A stretch of DNA of 47,566 nucleotides from Toensbergia leucococca. Its lineage: Eukaryota. Below, one piece after another: positions 21,821-33,769 of this stretch (within the stretch, counting starts at the first letter, position 1; every line of letters begins with the position of its first letter). Below the pieces are notes generated by a model. That model saw nothing but the letters and a program-made list of their open reading frames with translations. It ran no database searches and was not told where the DNA came from. Location of the stretch: assembly GCA_022813965.1 (NCBI GenBank), contig JALDZS010000070.1, forward strand, positions 62,001-109,566, in the 5' to 3' direction. The translations under genes and the position numbers were made by a program.

Positions 21821-22217
21821 GTTCAAGATCGACGTCGGTATATGTAATGGGAATTTGGCAAATCGTAGGAGGTTGACTGATTTGAAGAGGATAAGTACTA
21901 CCTAGATACTACGGTAGAGAGGCTTCGAGGATTATGGACTTGTGCCGAGGTTTGCGTCACTGTGCATAATTCCGCCATCAATACATCCAATACGAGCATA
22001 CTAACAAAAAGTTCAAGATACTTACATGTACTACCTTGGAGCTGTCAAGGTTGCTGGGAGAGGAGTGGTTTGAATTTTCTGCATCTGAAATACCTCCTGT
22101 TCGTGTGTTGTACAATCTGTGCATTTCAAATTACATGGGTTTAAAAGGTCCATCAACAATGAACAGGTAGTCCTAGTGAAAACGCTACCCCGTCGCAATG
22201 ATCTAAAGACACGATCA

Positions 22218-23422
22218 TTATGCAATGTATTCTCCGTCACTCAGACTTTCCTCGGATGTTGACCTTCCCACATTTCTCTTCGAGTGTGGATTTGGCTCGC
22301 TGTAGTCGAGCCTTAAGCTTCTCCCATGAATGGACTTGTTCTTCAACACTTCATACGCGGCCTGCGCACTCTGTGTGTCGAGGAATTCGGCGTGACAAAA
22401 TCCCCTCGGTTGGCCGGTTCTTCGGTCGATCGCTACTCGAACGTCGACGACGTTCTTGATGTCAAGAAAGATCTTATTCAAGTCCTGGTCCGACATCTCA
22501 AAGGCCATGTTCCCGACAAATAGGGTGTTGGTGGGAGCTTTGGGATCTCTTGCTGCCGCTGATCTCGGCCTTTGATTCGAGAACTGCACATTCATGCGGC
22601 GACCTGCAAAGGTGTACATATTGAATCTTTCGATCGCCATTGCTGCAGCTTCCACAGTATCATATTCTACGTAGGCGAATCTACGTCGTGGATCAGTCAG
22701 CTGGTGTTTAGCTCCGAAAGTTGAATTCAATAGGGTTGGCGACGTACCCTTTGCTGAGACCCCTCGAATCATACACGATCTTGCAGTTTGCGACGGCTCC
22801 AACCTCCTCAAATTGTTCCCTTAATTGATCTTGCGTTACATCGAAATACAAGTTTCCAACGTAAAGCGTGGCAGATGGTGGCGCTGGAGTCCTCCTGGGC
22901 CCATCTGTGGAGAGTGGCCGGCCCATGACTTTTCGCGCAGAGCCCGCATAATCTGAAGCAGCTTGCGTCGCATCGGCCACAGACTCTCTGGCATTCTCAG
23001 CTGCGGCAGAAACTGAGCCAGCAATATCAGAGGCCTTGGTGGATACAGTGTCGGCGGCGGAAGATATGGATGAAGCGATAGTGGAATGATCCTCTGGATC
23101 AGGCGACCTAGGAGTATCGTTTTCAATCGAAGAAGCTATTGAATTCTCGCCATGTTCGGCCTCGGTAGCTCCATTAGCCTCTGGCTCTGCCTGTGTTATC
23201 TCCCCGCTTGCATATCTCCTCTGCAGAGGTATAATAAGTGATTGTCGACCAAGACGACTGAGACGAAGGATCGAAGGATTGGCGGTGGTGATTGGACGCC
23301 GATTGACTGATATAGACTGCGGCAAGGTGGAAAGTACGCGGAAAGCGACTCGTCGAAGGCAGAACCTGGTACCAAGGGTTAAGTATGAATATCAATGCAT
23401 TCTAGACTTGATCGACTCACAT
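22218..23422 (-). CDS. Two-RRM RNA-binding protein with a probable mitochondrial presequence
   Basis: Exons 23422-23421 (AT), 23365-22748 and 22680-22218. RNP motifs LYVGNL/KGFAYVEY and LFVGNM/RGFCHAEF. The spliced N-terminus MFCLRRVAFRVLSTLPQS is Arg/Ser-rich and lacks acidic residues. Confidence 0.85.
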
Positions 23423-23976
23423 CACAGGAATAGGAAGAAGACAACGACTGCTGACAAGGCTTGTTGACTCCGTGGAAAGGAGGTCGGTTGGCTATGAGGT
23501 TAGGTAGAAGATAATTTTCCATCTTCGCGAACTTCTTAGCGTGAGCCAATTCGACTACTTAGGTAAACTTCAATCACACGTGACCCTCTCCAAATTACCT
23601 ACGGGTACGATAAATATGTCCGAGTCTCAACTTATTCTATCATGATCATTGGTTACTGATAGCTTCTGAGTTTCTCAGGGCTCACAGAATTGTAAAGTCC
23701 CTGTCCGTCTTCAGAAATCCCTCGAGAACCTCTTTCGAAGAAGCAATATGGAGACATCTCATCCGTATCTCGAGGTTGCAACATCTAAGGTGAGGAATCA
23801 ATTGAAACTTTATTAAATATCAAAGAATACGTGTGGCGAAATCAGTTTCCGTATTATACTTCCAGCTTCCAGCACATCGATTATATACATAAGTAGTCAT
23901 ATCTTGCTTTTCAATCAATCGCTCAATTATCATCCCATCATGACCAGCAAGCCCCTGAATGTCCTTGCTCATCACC

Positions 23977-25941
23977 CTAGGGTAATCCTAAGAACAGCAA
24001 TGCGAGTTTTGGAAAATTGGGTGTTCCCAATCCAGTCACAGGATCCCAACCCGTGGTAGCCGTGAACCCAGGCGTTCCACAGCCCATATTCCCACCCGAT
24101 GTGATATCATTCAGAGCGGATGGGTGTGAGTACAAGGTTGGATTCAAAAAGCCAACTGGTCCTTTGCCAAGATTAATCCGGAGCTCGTTGACGAGGGTAA
24201 TGATTGACCCTACGACAGGCGAAGAAGCCGAAGTACCAAAAACAAGAGAGAATGTCCCGTCAATGGCGATGACATAATTGGCACCATTGGCACTGACGTC
24301 CGGGAATCCTCGGGACTTCTGGGTATTGTTGTAGCGGTCGGCGCCATATGGAGGCGGGTGGTTCGCGAAGAACTCTCCAACAGCAGCAGCTTGATATGAA
24401 GGAAGTGGGAAGACATTCGAAAACCCTCCACCAGAGAAGATGACGGTCTCGCAGGCCTCTTCGGGTTGGGTGACTGAAGCGCCGGGCTTAATCTGGGTGG
24501 CCCCAACCGAGGTAATGTATGGACAAGTACCGGGAAAAGACGGATTGAACATCCCCGAGGTGCCGTTGTTATACACTGAAGTGCCATTGGCGAGTACGGT
24601 GATACATTGGCCTCCGTTGCCAGCGACGCCATAGTCACCTGAAGAGTAAAGGACAGTCACTCCCTGAAGACCAAGTTTCATGTACTCATTGCACTGGCGC
24701 ATTTCGTAGAATGGAGTGAGGTCAGCTTCATTGTAAGCGTAAGAGGTGGAAATAACGTTAGTCGCTGCAAAACCCCCACAATTTTCCGGGCCTTGATAGC
24801 CACCATACGGGTCAGGATATTTGGCATCTTGGGTATAGTCATCGCCACCTTCATAAGTGCAGTAGGAACCATCGATGGCATCAAGGAAATTGTTGAACGA
24901 GGCACCTTCGACAAGATCACCGGTCTGATACAACGTGACTTTCTGGGGGTTGATGAGTGTCATAGCATACTCGAGATCGAGATCAGACTCGCCGTTGAAG
25001 TCGAAGCTTTGGTCCACTGTTTGATCCACACCGCCGTCGATAGAATCAAAAATAGGGGTTTTTTGAACTTGAAATCTGGAGAAGTTGGCGAAAAATAGAT
25101 TCAAATCGGATTGTAGGTATGCTTGAGGAGTATACTCCACGATGCCATAACTATTCTTGGGATTGGCAGTGATACCAGGTGGGAATTCGTAGAGTGCGCG
25201 CAGACAGTTAGGCGTGATGTGGACATCACAATCCTCAAGCTGATCGATGATACTATCGATGTTAATTTCTCCTCCGGACTTTGGGATAGAGCCAGATCCA
25301 GGAGAACCAATGCTCTTGCCAACGCCGCCCTTGACAGGAACTCCAGCTGCCGCGGATGGGTCTGCACGTTTCATCTTCGGGTTAAGATGATCGGGTGGTG
25401 GTGCAATCTTAGCATCGAAATGCACAGTCGGAGTGATGAAATCGACGTGTTGGCTTACGTGCTCTGGAACGTGGTAACCGTCACACGCAACATGAGGTTT
25501 GCCGTCTGCGTGCCTGTAAACGTGATACTCAGTTTTGAGTAGGTTCTCGGCTTCTTCGACAGTAGCGTCAAAGGTGAGCCATCCTAGTGATTGTGATCTA
25601 GAAATACGTTCCGGTGTAATTCCAGCAGAGTTTAACCAATTGATGACGGAATCAACAGACTCTTGACTTGGCGCAAAGGTTTCGGCGACTTTCTTCGCGG
25701 ACCAGTGCTGTCCGTACTTCTCAGACGTTGGGTGGGAGACTTCCATCAAGTACTCCTCAGCTTTATCCATATTGGCTTGCGTCAGGGCGATCCGCATGGG
25801 CAGCACTTCGAAGCTCGGAATCTTTGACTCTCTCGACCAACCGTAGGGGATAGCATCGCGCTTCTCGTGAAGGACATGGTTAAACGGCGCGGCAAGAGCA
25901 CAGGCCACCAAGGTGGCGAGCGAAAAAAGGGAGAAATGCAT
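23977..25941 (-). CDS. Secreted sedolisin-family (S53) serine-carboxyl peptidase (tripeptidyl-peptidase/aorsin-like)
   Basis: Signal peptide MHFSLFSLATLVACALA and a pro-kumamolisin-type prodomain. Catalytic motifs GESDLDLEY, SSGDYG and GTSASSP, Ca-site GWDPVTGLGTP. Intronless, 654 aa. Confidence 0.95.
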   Translation of the reverse strand: MHFSLFSLATLVACALAAPFNHVLHEKRDAIPYGWSRESKIPSFEVLPMRIALTQANMDKAEEYLMEVSHPTSEKYGQHWSAKKVAETFAPSQESVDSVINWLNSAGITPERISRSQSLGWLTFDATVEEAENLLKTEYHVYRHADGKPHVACDGYHVPEHVSQHVDFITPTVHFDAKIAPPPDHLNPKMKRADPSAAAGVPVKGGVGKSIGSPGSGSIPKSGGEINIDSIIDQLEDCDVHITPNCLRALYEFPPGITANPKNSYGIVEYTPQAYLQSDLNLFFANFSRFQVQKTPIFDSIDGGVDQTVDQSFDFNGESDLDLEYAMTLINPQKVTLYQTGDLVEGASFNNFLDAIDGSYCTYEGGDDYTQDAKYPDPYGGYQGPENCGGFAATNVISTSYAYNEADLTPFYEMRQCNEYMKLGLQGVTVLYSSGDYGVAGNGGQCITVLANGTSVYNNGTSGMFNPSFPGTCPYITSVGATQIKPGASVTQPEEACETVIFSGGGFSNVFPLPSYQAAAVGEFFANHPPPYGADRYNNTQKSRGFPDVSANGANYVIAIDGTFSLVFGTSASSPVVGSIITLVNELRINLGKGPVGFLNPTLYSHPSALNDITSGGNMGCGTPGFTATTGWDPVTGLGTPNFPKLALLFLGLP

Positions 25942-27030
25942 GATGAGAGGGCAATTGACGGGGGAACGTGTGGGAAAGGCATGGGGAGATGGGGAGCTTT
26001 ATTTACCAAGGTGCTCTCCATAGCTCGGCACAGAGCTTATCAACGGGCTTGAGCACGGTTGCTCCCCTCCATACGGAAGGAGGTTCTTGGTACCTACATC
26101 AGTTCTGCTGCTCGCATGACAAGCGCGGTTGACTGGCAATGCCGGTCATTCGGATCCTCGTTGACAGCAGCAGACCTACCATCTGGCCATCACATGCATG
26201 ACCTTATCGGCGTCGTCCAATCTATGTTGATACGACAGTACTAGCTCATGGCCGTAGGGTATGGCGACAAGGATGGTAGAGCACGAGAATCTGGTAAAGG
26301 AAGGACGTTGTGTCCACTAGTGTGGGTGATGTTGAGATACACGAGACACCTTAGCTCGACGACGCACTAAGCCGGCGGTCCGAACTCTATCTGTACACAA
26401 TCCGGCACTACCATACTAGTGGAGAGGCACGAGGCAACAGGCTGAGGACTGGGAGACAACAATAAGCAGTACCAGGCATCTCTCATGTCGTCACCACAAC
26501 TTTGGACCAATGGCTCCAATTTGCATATGCACCAGTAGACAAGGTCGAGACTCGAAAAGGCCAAATCGCGCACGTACAATCTTAAGCGGAGCTCTGTCTA
26601 TCAAGCGGCCCACACAATGTTCATCTACCTTCCTCAACAAGGAATCCGGTTTGTCATTGCACCATGGATACTTCCTAAATGATATACAACTAGTTCCTCT
26701 TCCTCTGGAGCTATCAATGCAGGTCTCGTATGCATGCTAAAGGGATCACCTATGCGCCTCCTATTTTCATGTTGTCACACTCACCAGCTAATCTTGTGTG
26801 TCCTAAGGATGAACACGTACTGCATCCAGCCGTAATGAGATGTATATGGTTACACCTCCGATAAGAATCGCTTTGCTTAATCGACCAGTGTGATTGATTA
26901 ATGTACCTGCTGTTCCTTTAATGTTGCTAGCCTTCCGCCGCCACCTTTCCTCATCTGTAGTGGGAAAGCACATTTCTACCCCGCCACTGTCACGTCGCGC
27001 CATCATGAGTTCCCATCCCACTCATTGAAA

Positions 27031-28341
27031 TTAAACGAGGCTAACGTCCGGTGGTTCATGTCTTGGACCTGCATCCACAGCCCCAGCATCATAATCCATC
27101 CAGCTCATTACATGCCAACCATTACTTTCTCGGCCTGGCCGACTGTGGCCACTTTGAGAAAGCCTGAGATTTGAGCGCATCAACGATCCTTCAGAATTCG
27201 GCGAAGGCAACGGAGATTGACCACCACTACATTCAACGCCCCAAGCGGAGACGGAGGCTCGATTTGCGGTATTTATAGGTGACCTTTCTGGATTAGGTGA
27301 AAGCTCTGCCCACTGTTGTGGGACTGACTCGCCAGACATTTCCGTGGTCATAGCAAGTTGGTCTTGTGATGAACCTTCCAATTCTATGTCCGGTGCAACT
27401 CCTTTCGGAGATTCATTGACTTGTGCTCCTTGGTTCTTTTCAGCCGTGGGATACATGGGAGACACAGGAGACGGTAATGCCTTTGTTGCAGGTGAATCGA
27501 TTCCTAAAGGAAGATCTATTCCTATTTTTCGGGGTCTCGGTTTCGAGTTACTCTTTTCGCAGCGAAGGAATCCTGTTGATTGCTTTCAGTGTCTCATATT
27601 CCTTTAGTCAAGTAAATCAACGGTCCCCGCACGACAGGCATTAACATAAAGTTGCGGTAGATAGACTTGGCTAAAGTTACACCGCATACGCCATGTGGGG
27701 TAGGAAGAAAGGTGGTAAGAATCTCGCAACTTACCTCGACGTCTCGTAAAACGGTCTCCATCCCTCTTTGTTTCGGCACCTTGCTCCTGTGGCTTGTCGC
27801 CATAGATCTGCTCGTTCTCCTTGTCTTTTTTATTCTTTGGTCTCCTTTGACAACATAGCCAGATCAAAAGCAATACAAGAGCCGCACTGATTATTCCCAC
27901 AACGATCCCCACGATTATCGGTGTCTTCGATGAAGAAGACGATGAAGATGTGGTATCAGCTGTTGCCGATGTAGTATTGGGCGCGCCGGTTGACGAAGCG
28001 GCACTGACTGGTGGTCCGACAACAATCGACGATGAGAGGTCTGTTGAACCTGCTTGGCTGTATTGTGAGAGTGGAGATCCAGTAAATGGAGCTAGAGTCA
28101 AGGTTGTTGGAGCAATAGTGTCACTCCCTGTGATGGTTTCAGTGACTTCGAGGGTGCTGGTCTGGGTTTGATCAGACGATGCTGCTCCTAGTGCTGAAGT
28201 TGTCTGGGTATTTGGTGAGAACAATTGATCGTCAGATGTAGTCTGTTGAGCTTGAGGCGTTGATGGCGAATCAGGAGATAATGGGGGGAGTGGGGGCTCA
28301 GCGAAGGTTAGGGTAAGGAACGTAGTCTGAGCCTGATCCAT
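27031..28341 (-). CDS. Ser/Thr-rich single-pass membrane protein (Mid2/Wsc-like architecture)
   Basis: S/T-rich N-region, one TM segment (IIVGIVVGIISAALVLLLIWLCC), then a basic stretch. A proposed intron 27734-27573 (GTAAGT...CAG) joins in frame to the P/S-rich ORF ending at 27031 (HVMSWMDYD). The branch site is weak and no clear signal peptide is seen. Confidence 0.6.
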
Positions 28342-29042
28342 TGTGCTTTTGCTAGAATTCTATCAACATGCTGAGAGGGTTGGAAGAGCACAAGTAGAAT
28401 TATTGTCATGGATTAGGCAGTGAACGAAGTGAAATGTGCTTTTGAAGCCTTCACTCTTACGGAAGCATATTTGTGCATTGCATGCTGAAGCCGGTTTCAT
28501 TGTGACGACTGACGTAGAATGCAAGACAATTTTGCCATTGAATGTTCAGTTCGACTTGTTTGTAAAAGAGGCTTCAACACTCTAGCAAGTCTTTCCCTAC
28601 TGCCTATCTCTGCTAAAATGCTGTCCGTGCATGTACACGGAACCATATTCTTCTTCAAGTTCCAAAAGGTGAATGAATACAACCTTAGCTAGGCTCGCGG
28701 GTGACCTGCCGCTCAACAAAAGTGGAAGTCTAGCCAATGATTCCGTTTGTAGACTCTTGAGATCAGGCCAAGCCAGAGAATCTGGCTCTCTTCCAGGACC
28801 ATTAAAACCTATGTGTCTGCGAAACCCTCAATCTCTTAGCGATCCAATTCGAGGAAAAGGTCTAGCCACGCCTCTGCTTATCCATTTTTCCTTAGACACC
28901 GATCTCATCTTTCTTGCGACCAGGCCACACATTCGCTGTCCATCGGAAGACAATAGACCCGTTGTTTTGGAGAGAATAAAGTAGCACGATAAGGATGCTC
29001 AAGACCCTACACCGGGACCAGCGCAGTCGCCATTGACCCTCA

Positions 29043-30151
29043 CTACCTCCCAAATCTCATCTGTGTTTTCGCATAACTATGCAAGGCTCGAAGAAAAATT
29101 TGGTATCCAACACCTACGTTATCCTGGACATGGAAAATTTCCGTCAGACGAACTTGCCACGGTGGGTATCCTTGCAACTCCACGTTCGGTCCAAAAATAA
29201 TTAGAAGTTCCGGCTCACCCATCCCACTGTCTTCGATCTCAGCATCTATAAGATTAATAGAGACATCGTCAGGGGACAGTTTATTGCGTTGAGACATCTC
29301 GGCAAGAGTTATGGTAAGATCTACAAGTGTAGAGCGACCGTCTTCAGAGGAGAGAAATATGACTGAGAGGTGGTCTGGATTGAAACTATCAGTCTAAGAC
29401 ATACTGCACTTCTGGGTTGCATCACTTGTCACCTGAAACATCCGAAGAAGTGGCTACTTCTCCCTCACGGCTGTCACTATTTAGATACAAGGGCAAGTTC
29501 GGAGCTCTAATTTGGAGAGAAGGTCCTCGACGTCCCAAGTAGGCCAGTAATTTGGAGGAGATTTTGCGATGAGCTCTTGGAATACATCGTTTCAGGACTC
29601 CTGGAGTTTATCAATTTCACCGCTCTTTTGGAATACTCCCCTGGATACCCAACGAAAGATCGCTTACCGGTCTTCTCATACACACTTAGTACTGGTATGC
29701 CCACACAAGCACACCATGCCGATATCTCGGCTGCTTCATCCAGTAGAGCTCCAAGCCCTGCCCCGTTTCGTTCTCCCTCCTTGAATTCGAGAATAACACT
29801 CAAATGCTCTGGTAGCCTTCGCATACCACGGACATCCTGTTTGATAAGTTCAGGCGTCCGATGATGATAGTATAATATGGAGAGTACGCGATTGAAAACC
29901 GCATGGTATATTTGTCGCGCTCGTACGTAGAGGGAGAAGATGGTGTGTATGAGAGTGAAGACGAATACGTGCAGTTGTTCTCGTAGGAATTCTCGCAATG
30001 AATGTGATTTGCGAGGTCGAGGTGAGGCCTTTGAGTTGGGAAGAGGAGGGAGATAGGGCTTGAGAAGGGCTTCCCGCTCCTTCGGAGTTAGGAGCTTGCC
30101 ATTGGCCTCGGCATCTCGTCGATAAGCATCAGTCTCCCGCGTCGTTACCAT
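29043..30151 (-). CDS. NUS1: Dehydrodolichyl diphosphate synthase subunit Nus1 (NgBR)
   Basis: Exons 30151-29668, 29600-29433 and 29374-29043. Motifs YYHHRTPELI, RLPEHLSVIL, WCACVGIPVLSVYEKTG, LSSEDGR, EPELL, LQGYPPWQVRLTE and a C-terminal RFGR (RxG motif). Confidence 0.93.
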
Positions 30152-30660
30152 AGCGGTCCAAGTCAGCCCAAGTCGAGATTGGGATAGGGTTCACAAAATG
30201 CAATATGGGTTGTTGCAGCGCATGATTAAAGAGAGGGCTTCACTGCTCCGGACAAATTGCAAATGTCTCAGATTGCCGGGCTATCGAGTTGAAGGGCATT
30301 GATGTATTCTGGAACTAATTTCCCGATACAATCGAGATGAGGAGGCTGTGGCACGGAGCAAAAACCTACTTAATAGGTATTTTGTGTTTGGATTTAATTC
30401 ATGCCAACCTTGCCAAGGCGCAGGGGAGCGGGAAATAAATCCTCCTTATACGTACGGATTGGAGGCTATTCTATCCGACTATCCCCACGGGGAACTAAAG
30501 AGGCATTCCTTTCTATTCAATTCAGTCTCGAAAGGTCCATCATCCTCCCTCCTCCATCAATTTCCAACAGCCAAGGTAGCTATGCTCACGTCAAGGAATA
30601 CTTTGACTACCACGTACGACTTCCAATGATGTCTCTCAAGCTTTTGCGAAATGACTGAAT

Positions 30661-33455
30661 ATGCCCGGAACAACAAGCACAGCATCCTCAATCTCTCAAG
30701 CTCCCTCTACTTACCCTACTAGATCCATTTTCCCACAAGCCCCTGCCTTCACTCTGGAAACCTTCTCAAACCGAGATTTCATCGTTAAAGACTTCATCGA
30801 GAACCTTTCAGATAGCGCCGTCCACCAAAATCGCAGATCTGGTCCAACAAATCAAGCTCAAGCTTTCGATCCAAAGCCCCTAATACGAAGCTTTGAGCAC
30901 GCCCTGAATAGGCTGTCCGCTCTCTCAGGAGAATTAGAGCTACGAGAAAATGAGCTTTCTGCGGCTGTGCGACGTGCCGAATCAGAACATGCATCTAATG
31001 TACAAACCCTGGGAAGAAAGCTTGACCAGACAATAGACTCCTTCCACCAACTCGATACTTCTCTCAATGGTAACAGTGCCGACGACAATGGAGTTGGTGG
31101 AAATGTGGCCGTCAGAATTGGTGAGAAATTGGAGGAACTTGATCGACAAAGAGTACGCGCACAAGACTCAAAATTCCTCATTCAATGCTGGGTCGAGCTC
31201 AGTGAACGGGGAGAGCTGCTTCTACTTGAGGACATTCGCCGACAGGGCGGCGGAGAAGGGAAAGTTCGCTGTGCAAACATTGCACGACAGCTCACGAAGA
31301 TCAGTCAGAAGCTTGATCCGGAGAGTTGGAATCATGTCAACGGGACGGGAAAAGTAAATGGTACAAAAGGGACCAATGGCGTAAAAGGCGATCACCAGCT
31401 CCGACATAATACTAGGGAGCTAATTGAGAAATTCTCCGAAACGATGGAGACGGATTTACTCAAGCAGTTCGATGAGTTCTATAGAAGAGCCAATCTTGAA
31501 GGAATGCGAGAGTGTGCTAATATACTCTATGATTTCAATGGAGGTGCAAGTGTCGTCGGACTTTTCGTTAATCAGCATCAATTCTTCATTGATCGAAGTC
31601 AACTCATTACAGAGGAAGTGGCAGGAGATGCAGAGACTTGGGATCGTTTAGCTGACCCGGATGCTGAGCCTCCGAATGCTGAGCCGAGCTTGCAATCTTT
31701 GGTTGACGAGGTAAAGATTGTGGTGCAGGAGGAGTCAGCTATTATCAAGCGTGCATTTCCCTACAGTGAGCAAGTACTAGGAAGATTTTTGCAACGCGTG
31801 TTCCAGCAGTCTATCCAGCAACGGCTTGAGATGGTTCTCGAAAAAGCAAATACTATTTCTTCCCTTGCCTTTCTGAGATCATTACAAACATCTCGAAGTT
31901 GTATTAGTATTCTGATAGATGATCTCAAGGCACACGGTCTGACTGAGCATCCGGAAACTGTTTCTTCACAGATTACTCTCATACTTGACCAGCAATTCGA
32001 TGAATTATTTGTGCCATATTTTGTTGGTTCTACATACATAGAGCGCGAGAAAAGGAGTCTAGAGGAGCTCTACTCCTCGCTGTTGTTCAAGTTCACCATA
32101 TTTCATGTATAATTCCCGAATCTATTCCATCCGTCTCCATCTACTAACGACTTCAAGTCTCGAAGACGCAAGATACCCACCACATTCATGAAATCTCTTG
32201 CCAAATCAGGGAGCGAGATGCTTGCTTCGGCGAGAGATGCATACGTCGAGCGTCTAGACTCGTCGGACCTAGCACCAGCTCAGAAAGCCATGCTCCTACG
32301 AGTAGCAGGTCTCAAGGACTCTGACAACGCTAAGGCGCAGACCGAAATAGACGTCACCGACCAGGATGGTCTCCTGAGTGTTGGGAACACAAAAAGAATG
32401 CTGAAATGGCTTGCTGAAGCTGTAGGTAGGGGTTTGGAGCTTAGTGGAGGAAGTGAGACACCGAGGGATGTGTATGCTCTCCTCAATCTGCTACTGACGA
32501 ACATGGGAGTGATCTACATCGAGACGTCGTTGGATGCGTAAGTGAGAAACTCAATCAGCCAGCGACAGAAAAACTAACCAAATCACAGCGCCAACGAAGT
32601 CGCAGCCTCCCAAGAAAATTCAAAATTAGAATCCGATCTCTCCTACCTCCCCAACCTGCACTCCGCCATTACAATAACGCACCTGATGATCACCTACATC
32701 AAAACCGTCCTCATTCCCCTCGCAGCCTCCAACATCACCATCCGCCGCGAAATGGAAAAGACCACCGCCCTCGCAACAGCCAGACTTGAAGACAAAATCA
32801 ACACCATCATGCAACGAACCATCGACGTGGCCATAGCATGGATAACCAAGCTCCTCGCCGCCCAAAAGAAAAGCGATTTCCGCCCCCGGGACGACGCCCT
32901 AAGCGGCGGTGGCGCATGGCTCGAAATGCTTCAAACACCCGTACGTCCTTTTCCTTCCTCTCCACACTCACTTCCCCTATCCAATCACACCTATGCAAAC
33001 CCCATAGAACTCACGCCAGGAGCAAAAAAAAACAGACCTGCCAAACAACAACAGCATTCCTCACCCGCCTCCACACCCTCGCCCTGAAAGCCCTCTCCCC
33101 CTCCTCCCCAAACCTCTCCTCCTTCCTCCTCGAACTCGCCCTCCCAACCCGCCACCTCCTCCTCGAGCACTTTAAAAAATTCCAAGTCAATGCCGCCGGC
33201 GGCATCATGGTGACCAAGGACATTGGCAAGTACTGCGAGCTGTTGCGGGGCTGGGAGTTGGGGGATGTGGATCCTGGGTTTGAGGAAGGGTTGGAGGTGT
33301 TGGGGGCGGTGGGGGAGTTGTTTGTTGTGGGGCCGGAGGCGTTGAGGGAGAGGGTTAGGGGGGGACGGTGGGTGGGGTGTGATTTGAGGGGGTATGTGGG
33401 GAGGAGGGAGGATGTGGGGAGTGTAGGGGTGCAGAGTGTGTTGAGTTTGTTGTAG
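30661..33455 (+). CDS. SEC10: Exocyst complex component Sec10
   Basis: Exons 30661-32106, 32158-32537, 32589-32940 and 33036-33455; the introns are phase-consistent. Motifs FDPKPLIRSFE, IEKFSE, FNGGASVV..FVNQHQFF, QKKSDFRP and HFKKFQVNAAGGIMVTKD. Confidence 0.93.
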
Positions 33456-33769
33456 GTGGGTTAAAGGGGGGGTTACCTTGGGGGAAAGAGAGAAATAGAG
33501 GAAGAATTTCGCGCGTCGATTTAAGACCGATTTCTTTTTCTGTCTTTCCACTCTCGCCAAATTCATGCATCTGCGTCGATGGGATTTGGAAAAAAGGGGG
33601 TTTGACGACGCAGGGTGACCCCCACTCAACTCCACATGGGTGGTATTATTGCAAAAGAAACCCAGTCTACCCGATCTCTTCCGTCTACACACGCATACCC
33701 GTCAACAGACCTAACCCAAACACCCCAAAAAAAACCCCCCCAAGAAAATTCCCTCATTAAAAAGGGTTT

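Noticed and set aside
1583..23584. Isolated CACGTG E-boxes at about 1585 and 23577 as Cbf1-type sites
   Set aside because: Single 6-8-bp matches are expected by chance in 47 kb, and there is no supporting evidence.
15593..25941. Secondary-metabolite gene cluster around the MBOAT acyltransferase
   Set aside because: There is no PKS, NRPS, terpene synthase, P450 or cluster-type regulator nearby; the neighbours are housekeeping genes.
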